From Octopus vulgaris (Eukaryota): a DNA stretch of 64,000 bases. The notes under the pieces are model-generated. The model saw nothing but the letters and a program-made list of their open reading frames with translations. It searched no databases and was not told where the DNA came from. Position 1 is the first letter of the stretch, and every line of letters begins with the position of its first letter. The translations under genes were made by a program, and so were the position numbers. Shown here piece by piece: positions 53,641 through 64,000 of this stretch. Where the stretch lies: the NCBI GenBank assembly GCA_951406725.2, contig OX597824.1:21948001-22012000 (forward strand), written 5' to 3'.

Positions 53641-54354
53641 CACCCCATCATCTTCTTACACCTCCATCACCGTCCCACACCTCCATAACACCCCACCAAC
53701 CTTCCATATCTCCATCACCCTCCTTCACATCTATCACTCCCCACCATACCACCATCTCGGGTACCAGGATGGAGTCTACTACCCAAGGGTAGGAACGTAC
53801 CCACAGACAGGTTTCCACAAAGTTTCTGACACCATTTTAGTCAACCCGAGGCTACGGTAGAAAACACGTGGCCAAACACGATCACCATTTCGACTTTGTA
53901 AATAACTTTTTATTATATTCAGCATATTATGCTTTCAACACTTTTTAATAAGAACTTCCAGTAATCCGAAACCAATAATTTTACTGTAAAGAAACTGTCT
54001 GGAAGGCTGGTTGGTATATTGTCATTCAAATGAAAACAGCCAAACTAAGACAGATCAATAGCAAAAAAATATATATATATATACATTGACCTTTTATCAG
54101 TTGTAATAACAGAGAAATAATTTATACCCTCTTATGCAACTCTCAACAGTTTTACAAGATGATTTTCATAATTTAGCACCAATCACATGTTAAGCCATTT
54201 GTCGATAGGAACCTCACATTATAATCCCATTTTTCATCATTAAATCCATTCCGAGTGTGAAAAAGCTTTATGTCTGTTATTAACTTCTGTTGGATAAAGC
54301 TAAGATTATGGGCTGTTCATAGACCATTTTCTAAACATTTCCTCAGCAGTCCTT

Positions 54355-54377
54355 TTGTGTGTGTGTGTATGAGAGAG

Positions 54378-54411
<34 letters not shown>

Positions 54412-54413
54412 TG

Positions 54414-54489
<76 letters not shown>

Positions 54490-54500
54490 TGTGTGTGTGC
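54355..54500. repeat. (TG)n microsatellite
   Basis: Direct reading. Confidence 0.97.
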
Positions 54501-56064
54501 ATTTATTAACTCATAAGCAGTGAATTCTTTACAAAAGAAGCAAAACAAGGAGATTAAAAGTACATTTTTAAACAACATATCAAGCTTTTCTAAATAGCCT
54601 GGTTCTGCAGAAGATAATAGCAATTTAATAACAAGTGCTATTTGATCTAAATGGATGGGATATCGATAAATCAATAAGCATAGACTATGTGATCTGTGAT
54701 TGGTCATGCACCAATTATTGTACAACTTAGGACAGACTTTCATCTAAAATGACCTTTTCAACAAGCTAAGATACTCTTAAAGCAGCCAGCCAGACACCCA
54801 CCACCATACCAAGTGCCTGCTTCACAAATCCTATAAAAAGCACATGAACCATATCTTATAGAATATCCTGGCACCAACAAAGAAAGAAATATGAATCAAG
54901 TCATTATGTCTAAGACAAAGCTAATCTGCATCAATGCAATTTGTATCAAGTGAAACAAGATTCAGTCTATGTATGAGTCTGTCCACTACACTAAAAGTAA
55001 TTAATAATGCTGCATATTAGTTCTGACTACTTCAGCTAATTAGCATGTGATATCTGCTCTAAGACATAACAAAAGGCAACTAATAAATCTGACATGAAGT
55101 GGCTGCAGCTTCCTCACCCTTAGGTAAGTAGGCTGTCCACTTGAAGAAATTTAACAAAAGTCTCATGCTGTGATACACATATAAGTTTATTAAGTTTCGC
55201 CTGAGGAGTAGATTTCACTTAACTGATAAGAAGATTTAGCAAAAGCTACAAGTTTGAAATAGTGGAAAAAAATAAAAAAAAAAAATCTTGTAAATTACAG
55301 AGTAAATTTGCTTCCAGTGAAGAGGAATTTAACGTTTGTAAAATGTAGCAGTCAGAATCTTTGATGCAAAGTTCACACTAGGCATGTTAGTTTGATCAAA
55401 GATACAAGAACATGAGGGATTTGGCTAAAGAGAAGAAAAGTAATGGAAGGTGGAACAGCATATAATCTAGAAAGACAGAACAAAGAGTTTAAAGTTTTAA
55501 AAGGTACAATGTGCTGTCATGTGGATAAGATAACTTTCATTTAATGTGTGCTGTAATTTTTCATTTCATTAGATTCATTGATTCAAGGAAGGGAGAATAT
55601 AGGAATCTACTGTTCTACAGTTACTACAATAACTAATGTGGCATTGCACAGAAGTTCGATATATTGACTAAAAGTATTTCAAGACTTAAGAGAGAGTTTG
55701 GCTGTTTTCCTTAAAAAGCAGTCTTGTACTCTTTACTTTGATATAACAATGTTATTTTGTTTAGTTAGATGCCACTGACAATATGTCATTATAAAATAAT
55801 GCAACACCTTTGTGAATCTTCTGTGAGATACATATAGTTCTCGACAAAGAACCTCAAAGTGACCGAGTCAGTTATCCAAAATTTATAAAGGTGAAAGAAA
55901 AGTACTTAATGGTAATGCCATAACAGAGTAACAGTTGCTGGCTGAAGCCAATAAAAGAACTAGAGCAGTCAGAGAGCACAAACCTCTGTCAATGATTAGC
56001 TGGAGAGGATTTTTTGAATGAGAATATCTGAAATAAACTCGACTGCTCTCACAAATGGGAATAC

Positions 56065-56290
56065 TAAAAATTAACCTGACCGCTCTCAAAAATTAAGTAA
56101 AAAAAAAAAACAGGAAGAATAATTAAGAATCCTCGTCTGGATTCAAATCGATTCCAAAATCTAATCAGTTTGTGCCAGTCAAAAGACCAAACATCCCTGA
56201 AAATTTCATCTGAATCCATCGAGTGGTTCTTGAGATATCTTGTCCACAGACAAACAAACAAACACGACTGAAAACAATACATCCACCTTA
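56065..56290 (+). mobile_element. Possible Helentron-associated (DINE/HINE-like) non-autonomous fragment
   Basis: aaatttcatctgaatccatcgagtggttcttgagatatc...acagacaaacaaacaaac...gaaaacaatacatcc, a layout typical of DINE-1-like 3' regions. Assigned by pattern recognition only. Confidence 0.45.
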
Positions 56291-56324
56291 TTAGAAAATA
56301 TTGGAAACAATAATCCTTTCAAAT

Positions 56325-56522
56325 ATAGGCACAAGGCCTGAAATTTGAGGGGAGGGTGTTACTTGATTACACTGACCCCAGTGTTTAACTGGTACTTATT
56401 TCATTGACCCTGAAAAGATGAAAGGCAAAGTTGACCTCAGCTGAATTTGAACTCAGAACGTAAAGACCAATGAAATACTGCTAAACATTTTGCTCAGCAC
56501 GCTAACACTTCTGCAAGCTCAC
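56325..56522 (-). mobile_element. SINE family C
   Basis: aactggtacttatttcattgaccctgaaaagatgaaaggcaaagttgacc...gctaacacttctgc. Confidence 0.8.
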
Positions 56523-56964
56523 TGACCTATTGATCAACATTAATGGCATAAAAAATGCTATGATGATGTGTAGTTCGAGATCAGTGGTTCTCAAACTGAG
56601 AAAAAAAAAAGCCAATTCCTCTCTACCATAAAAAAATGTATCCAGAAAAGTCTTTTATTCTCCTCTTCTCTTACTTAATGCGAAAATAAAGTTGTATGCA
56701 TCCTCATAACTCTGCTTCTATCTTCCCCATGGGGTTGAACAAGTTTAAAAAAATATAAATTTGTTATCAGTTCAAATATATTTGAGGCATATTCAAACCA
56801 TTCACTGTATTTTATCATAAAATCACTGTATTTAATCATGGAGAAAATTTATCACTATTGACAAATGGGAGTAAACTCATCAAATCAGTTCAAAAAGTTC
56901 AATTTCAGTTAAAAAAGTTTAAAAGTAGCTCTTTTTTTTTTTTTTGCTAATTAATTAGGGCAAT

Positions 56965-57177
56965 TTGCATGTAAAAAGCACTGGTGCTGGTACCATATAA
57001 AAATACTCAGTACACTCTGTAAAGTGGTTAGCACTAGGAAGGGCATCCAGCTGTAGAAATGAAGCCAAAACAACTATGGAACCGGGTATGGCCCCTGTCC
57101 TTACCCCACTCCTGTCAAGTCATACAACCCATGCCAGCATGGAAAACAGATGTTGAATGATGATGATGATGATGATG
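56965..57177 (+). mobile_element. Family B copy
   Basis: ggaagggcatccagctgtagaaa...cccatgccagcatggaaaacagatgttgaatgatgat. Confidence 0.8.
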
Positions 57178-57428
57178 TCTGCTCTTTTTCAAGCCTGGCA
57201 ACCTTTATCTCTATAAGAAATACTGTTCTTGATTAAATGTTTGTTTATTTACTAAATACCAAACAACAAAGGTGTGTCAACATCAACATCGCTTTTTTTG
57301 ATTTTCTTGACTGAGAATCACCTCAAGAAACAAACCCTTCATTTGTATTGCAAGTTGACTTTCATAGCAAGCAATGTTTCACCTCCTCCTCTTCCTCCTC
57401 CACCACCACCACCACCACTGCCGCCGAC

Positions 57429-57825
57429 AATACCTATTTCTTTACTACCCACAAGGGGCTAAACTCAGAGAGAGGACAGACAAACGGATTAAGTCAATCA
57501 TATCGACCCCAGTGCATAACTGGTACTTATTTTATCGACCCCGAAAGAATGAAAGGCAAAGTCGACCTCGGCGGAATTTGAACTCAGAATGTAGTGGCAG
57601 ACGAAATACCTATTTCTTTACTACCCACAAGGGGCTAAACTCAGAGAGAGGACAGACAAACGGATTAAGTCAATCATATCGACCCCAGTGCATAACTGGT
57701 ACTTATTTAATCGACCCCGAAAGGATGAAAGGCAAAGTCGACCTTGGCGGAATTTGAACTCAGAATGTAGTGGCAGACGAAATACCGTTAAGCATTTCAC
57801 CCGACGTGCTAACGTTTCTGCCAGC
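57429..57825 (-). mobile_element. Family C SINE with its body tandemly duplicated (2 x 176 bp)
   Basis: Units start aatacctatttc at 57429 and 57605; a single head at 57781-57825. Confidence 0.93.
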
Positions 57826-58666
57826 ACCACCACCAATACCACCACTCTCTCCCCTCTCCCTCTCTCTCTCCCTCTCCCCCCCACACTCTCTCTCAAAATG
57901 TAGTTAGTTAACCAACATCTCCTGCTAGCCTTATATAGAACTGAAAACATTTGCAGATGATTCATTCACTTTAACGAGTTATTCAATCACTTATTAACAC
58001 ATTACCTAATGTGTGTATCAACTGAACACTCCAGCAGAATGGAATAAATATAACATTCGTTCTGTACTACATGCTGTGGGAGTCACCAATAATGTCCAAG
58101 CAGCAGCCTATTACAGAGAACCAGAACATACATAAGGTTAAAAAAAGTTGAAAAATACATAATTTATATCAAAATTAGTCAATTGGTGCAAAAGAAAATA
58201 TAGTACAAAATGGGTTGGGCAGGCAAAGTCTTAATTCAATAATTATTACATTGAAACAATACAGACCAATTTATCTCCAGAGTTCGCCTATTTTCCATGT
58301 TTAGATGGGTCGCTATAATCCAAGTCAGTTCTCATTGGGAACTGAACACAAAGCCATGTGATTGGAAAACAAATTTCTTAGCTACACAGCAATGCCTGCA
58401 TCTAAGAAATCTATATTTCCCATATATGAAGTAATAAAAATAATTTAATTAATAATGTCAGTAATAACTACTTTAACATTTCCAACTCATAAAATTTCAT
58501 TAAGTACATTTGACAAAGACAAAAAATTACATTATCTTAAATTTTAATTTTGAGTGCAGATGCATTGAATAACCACTTGGAAGAGGCATTCTCCTGTGGT
58601 TAAAATAGCAGTAATGTCAGAACAGCCAAGTTTAAGTGGCGATAAACATTACTTCTTAGTATAATA

Positions 58667-58943
58667 CTGGCTCAGTGGTTAGAGCGTTGAGCTTACGATC
58701 GTGAGGTTGTGAGCTCGAATCCCGGACCAGGTTGCGTGTTGTGTTCTTGAGCAAGACACTTTATTTCACATTGCTCCAGTTCACTCAGCTGTAGAAATGA
58801 ATTGCGATGTCACGGGTGCCAAGCTGTATCGGCTGCTGCCTTTCCCTTGGATAACACTGGTTGCGTGGAGAGGGGAGGCCGGTATGCATGGGCGACTGCT
58901 GGTCTTCCATAAAACAACCTTGCCCAGACTTGTGACTAGGGGG
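58667..58943 (+). mobile_element. tRNA-derived SINE family F (CORE-like centre)
   Basis: A-box TGGCTCAGTGG, B-box-like GCTCGAATCC, then gtgttcttgagcaagacactttatttcac. A fragment of the centre recurs at about 62449-62519. Confidence 0.88.
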
Positions 58944-59319
58944 TCCCAAATCTCTTTTAGAGATTTTCTTAACTAGTTAATTTGCTTCTCTTATTGTGAC
59001 TTTGCAGAAAAACCAAAATTTGTTGGTGCTTTTGAATTCTGCATATCAAAGTATCATTGTCACTGTTTTAATGTTCACTCTTCCATGCTAGTATGGGTTG
59101 GTTGGGGTTTATTGCGATAAATTTTCTATGGCCAAAGGCCCTTCCTGTCACCCAACCTCTCCTGATTCCTAACAAAGTAATATCTCTCCATGGTCAGACA
59201 TCTTCTTACAGAATAGGGGAAATGAACCACACTGCTTATATAACAGTGACACTCATTTACAATTTTCTCATGGTACCAAGACAAGGGGACACAACATGCA
59301 CACACATACACATCTTTTA

Positions 59320-60030
59320 TCTTTTAACTCATTAGACTGTGCCATGCTGGGGTACTGTCTTTGAGAATTAACCCCAGTATTTGTTATTTTTTTTATTCTA
59401 TCAGCTAGCATGGGTTGGACGATTTGACTGAGGTCTGGCAAACCAGATGGCTGCATCAGACTCCAATCTGATCCAGCTGTAGAAACTCTGCCAGATCAGA
59501 TTGGAGCCTGGTGCAGCCATTTGGTTTGCCAGACCTCAGTCAAATCGTTCAACCCATGCTAGCATGGAAAGCGGATGTTAAATGATGATGATGAATAACG
59601 AGGCTCTTTTGCCAAACTGCTAAGTTACAGGGATGTAAACACACCAACACCAGTTGTCAAGTAGTAGTGGGGGACAAACACAGACACAAAAATACACACA
59701 TGTAGATATAAATACATATATATACAATAGGCTTCTTTCATTTTCCATCTACCAGATTCACACACAAGGTTTTAGTAAGTCCAGGGCTATTGCAGAAAAT
59801 GCTCGTCCAGGTGCCATGCAGTGGAACTGAACCTACAACCATGTGACTGTGAAGCAAGCTCCTTACTGTACAACCATCTCTGCACACAACAGGCTTCTTA
59901 CAGTTTCTGTGTATCAAATCCACTCACAAGGTTTTAGTCAGCCCAAGGGTATTATAGAAGACACATGTATAAGGTACCACACAGTGGGACTGAACCTAAA
60001 GCCATGTGGTTAGGAAGCAAGCTTCTTAAC
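59320..60030 (-). mobile_element. Family A-like SINE interrupted by a family B fold-back insert (59404-59595), with a duplicated head region
   Basis: The A body reads ttattctatcag | insert | gctcttttgccaaactgctaag. Two head segments lie at about 59725-59880 and 59890-60030. Confidence 0.8.
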
Positions 60031-60262
60031 CTATTTCTTTATTGCCTACAAGGAGCTACAGACAGAGGGGACAAAGAAGGACAGACAAACGGATTAAGTC
60101 AATTATATCGACCCCAGAGCGTAACTGGTACTTATTTAATCAACCTTGAAAGGATGAAAGGCAAAGTTGACTTTGGCGGAATTTGAACTCAGAATGTAGT
60201 GGCAGACGAAATACCGCTAAGCATTTCACCCGGTGCGCTAACATTTCTGCCAGCTCGCCGCC
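60030..60262 (-). mobile_element. SINE family C, monomer
   Basis: Collinear with one unit plus the head of 57429-57825. Confidence 0.9.
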
Positions 60263-61419
60263 GTACACCAGCACCCACAACACTAAATAATACTACACGG
60301 CATTTAATTTGATACTCCACCCTTTCTCTCAATTCACTGCCTTCATTTTTATATTAAGTACAAGAACATTATTTTTCTACCCTTGAAATAACTATACCAA
60401 CTGCCATTTTTCTAGAACTACATTATATGAAATATAATCAATACATACATTCTCTTCCACACTATAATACCATTTTATTTCATTGTTTACAATACGACTT
60501 CTACAGAAGTTGAACAATTTTTTCGGATAAATGGTATTTTTTTCTCTTTCTCTTTCATACCATTCTTTTCATTTCTAAAATACTTTTAGAAGTGATGGAG
60601 CTGCTATTCAACTATGTTGATATTAAAAGTAAATATCACCTATTTACAGGCAATCATTCCAATCTATTAGCATGTATTACCTAGTTAATTTGGCACAATT
60701 TTCAATTTCTTTCAAAAACACTGTTTTGGCATTTCAGAAACGAAAACATAAAATCTTGGAGTTCACCATTAAAAAGAAAAAAAAAAAAAAAAGAAAAAAG
60801 AAGAAACAACAGTAAAATAAGAGTTAACATATAAAATAAAATAAAATAAATTTCTAGAACAATTAATTTCTTCAGGTTTCTTCAGTCAGTTTTGACCACT
60901 AAATCCACTTGATTAATAGAAAATATTTTCAAGTATATCAACAATATTTTTTTTTTTTTTTTTTTGTTAAATTAGGTAATAAGAAAATAAAAATGAAGCT
61001 AATTTTTGTTTTGTTCATATGTCATTAGACGGAAAGCAACAAGTTATAATTAAACAGAGATTTTGGCGAAGATAGAAGGAATGAGAACAAAATACTACTC
61101 AACAACATAATAGCCTAGCTTCCATCATTAATCATCATCATCATCCTCATTAGGTGATTACTCTAATGAGACAGATCTTTCAGAAGTAGGATGGCCTTTT
61201 CTGCAGTAATCAATAAGTTTTTCAGTATAGCATTGCATACACTGAAGGAGAAATTATTATTTCAAACAAAAGACCGAATCAACCCATCATTCTATCATCA
61301 TCACTACCATCGCTGCTGCCATTTTCATCATTTTAACAATCGCTATTTATTATTTTCTTTAAGCTAGCATCCCAATGGAATAGAAATGCAGTTAACCAGT
61401 TTTAATGATTTTTTTTCAA

Positions 61420-61424
<5 letters not shown>

Positions 61425-61470
<46 letters not shown>

Positions 61471-61553
61471 TACACATACATATACATACATATATATATA
61501 TATACATACATATATATATATATACATACATACATATATATACACATACATAC

Positions 61554-61586
<33 letters not shown>

Positions 61587-61597
61587 AATACATATAT

Positions 61598-61634
<37 letters not shown>

Positions 61635-61825
61635 CATATACATATATACATATACATATATACATATACATATATATATATACATATATACATATACATA
61701 TATACATATACATATACACATATATACATATACATATATACATATACATATATACATATACATATATACATATACGTGTGTGTATGTATATATATATATA
61801 TATAAATACATATATATATATATTT
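61425..61825. repeat. (TA)n/(CATATA)n microsatellite
   Basis: Direct reading. Confidence 0.97.
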
Positions 61826-62542
61826 ATAATTACCTTCTAATCAAAAGAAATAGAATTAAATATAAATTCAAGATAGCAATTTTCGAGGCTACAGATAGTC
61901 AGGAATGCATTGCTTTCAATGAGATAAATTTCTTAATAAATAATAAGTAATAAGTTAAAAAAAAACCAGCTGCTTCTGAGAAGTAGCGTTATGTAAAAGC
62001 TTTAAGTATGACACACCTACGTTGAGTCATTATACTTGCAGTAAAAACACTGGTGAGCTATAGTTTTAACCTGTTAAATGCACAAATATTTTGTCTAGCA
62101 ACAAAGCATATGTCATTGGAGCCGAGCTTTTATGGTGAGAGGTCCTTCCAAGTGTCAATCATTTGTCTTATATATTTTTACTTGTTATATATGTTTACTT
62201 GATTCGGTTGTTTAGACTGTAGCCATGTTGCAGAAACTGCTTTGAAGAATTTTAGTTGAACGCATCAACCTCAGTGTGTGTTTCTTTTAAGCCTGGTACT
62301 AACTAATTTTATCGTTCTTTTCTGTTGAACCGCTAAATTACAGGAATGTAAATATGCCAACACTGGTTGACAAACAGTGGCGATGGGGATGTAACAAACA
62401 CAGACACAAACACACACACACACACATATGGCTCATGGCTGTGTCGTATGTTCTTGAGCAAGACACTTTATTTCACATTGCTCCAGTTCACTCAGCTGTA
62501 GAAATGAGTTGTGATGTCAGACTACAATTACAAGGGTAAGGG

Positions 62543-62703
62543 TACTCTTTTACTTGTGTCAGTCATTTGACTGTGGCCATACTGGAGCACCTCTTTTAAC
62601 CCCAGGACTTATTCTTTGTAAGTTACAGGGATGTAAACACACCAGCATTGGTTGTCAAGCAATGGTGGAGGGGACAAACACAGGCACAAAAACATATCTA
62701 CAC

Positions 62704-62764
<61 letters not shown>

Positions 62765-62966
62765 CATATGTACGAAGGGGTTCTTTCAGTTTCCGTCTAC
62801 CAAATCCACTCACAAGGCTTTGGTCGGCCCGAGGCTATAGTAGAAGACACTTGCCCAAGGTGCCATGCAGTGGGACTGAACCCAGAACCATGTGGTTGGC
62901 AAGCAAGCTACTTACCACACAGTCACTACTACGCCTATGCTTACCACACAGCCACTACTACGCCTA
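62543..62966 (-). mobile_element. SINE family A with internal deletions and a short duplication of the head end
   Basis: cttaccacacag(t/c)cactactacgccta occurs twice at about 62911-62966. Confidence 0.88.
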
Positions 62967-63189
62967 GTGGTATTTCGTCTGTCCTTAAATTCTGAGTTCA
63001 AATTCTACTGAGGTCAATCGACTTTACTTTTCTTCCTTTCCAGGGCCAACAAAATAAATACCAGTTGAGTAATCAACTTACCCCAACCCCTTGAAATTGC
63101 TAGCCTTGTGCCAAAATTGGAATCCAGCAAAATCAACTAGACCCCTCCCACCCAACAAAATTTCAGCCCTTGTGACCCTAAAAGAAAGA

Positions 63190-63221
<32 letters not shown>

Positions 63222-63222
<1 letters not shown>

Positions 63223-63733
63223 GAATGAGAGAGCAGAGCATGCAATCAAAGTGACATTGGGGTAAAATATACAGAGCCCTGTATACCCATCATGACTACC
63301 TGTCTGATAAGGGTACACTAGGCACATGCATCACAACCATATGTACACGACATAGTGATCTCATATCAAGATAAACAGCGCATGACCTTGCAGGTGGGGG
63401 CTAGTTAGAATTTTCTCCTGGTCAAGTAGCCCATCCCATTCAAAAGGTCCATGAATAAGGATTGTTTAAGGATGTTGAACGAACCACCCATGTTTCCAGA
63501 TGTGAATTATCAAAACCTCTAAGAATTCCTCTCAACACATGGCTATAATGCTCCCCGACTACTTCTGCTCATGATCAGAGATGCACATATTGTCAGCCAC
63601 TAAGGGACATGCTCAAAGACAAAACAATGTACATGATAACACTTCCAATCAGTTAAGATCAGCAGCCATGAGAGCCCACTGCCTGGTACGGCATCAGGGC
63701 ATTTATTATCATTATATATCAGGGCATTTATTA

Positions 63734-63745
<12 letters not shown>
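63222..63745. mobile_element. Unclassified ~500-bp probable interspersed element embedded in (ATT)n
   Basis: Complex sequence bounded on both sides by (ATT)n runs; the terminal atcagggcatttattatcattat is duplicated. Confidence 0.45.
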
Positions 63746-63764
<19 letters not shown>

Positions 63765-64000
63765 CATCATGATCATTATTATCATTATTATCATTATTAT
63801 TAATATTGTTGTTGTTGTTATTGTTGCTGCTGTCGTTTATCTAATTTTGCTTTCTTTGCGTTCATGTTTCGACACTTGAAGAAAATTTAGTGGATGTTCC
63901 GCAAAACAAATTCATTTTGAAACACTATTTACATTTTTATGTTATCATTGTTGTGTGTGGTTGTAACAGAAAGCAACACCATCGCCCTCCTTCCCACCCC

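Overview
This is AT-rich eukaryotic DNA saturated with microsatellites, and I recognise no host gene in it. It is most likely a large intron or an intergenic region of an octopus (coleoid cephalopod) genome; that assignment is an inference from the SINE families and the extreme (TA)n/(CA)n load. The window is a mosaic of at least six SINE or SINE-like families, labelled A-F here (my labels). It also holds decayed Tc1/mariner elements: two internally deleted DD37D/maT copies, a DD34D mariner 3' half, a Tc1-like relic and two pogo/Tc2-like MITEs. Other content includes RTE LINE fragments, the 3' end of an R4/Dong-type REL-endonuclease LINE embedded in (CATA)n, a Helentron/DINE-like fragment and several tandem duplications. 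Nearly all long ORFs in the supplied track are microsatellite or SINE artefacts. The main signals of interest are (i) microsatellites, including one carried inside SINE-A, repeatedly hosting other retroelement insertions, (ii) recurrent fold-back (template-switch-like) hairpins, (iii) module swapping among SINE families, and (iv) one weak candidate exon near 9.3 kb. Coordinates of degenerate repeats are approximate, and no database search was possible.
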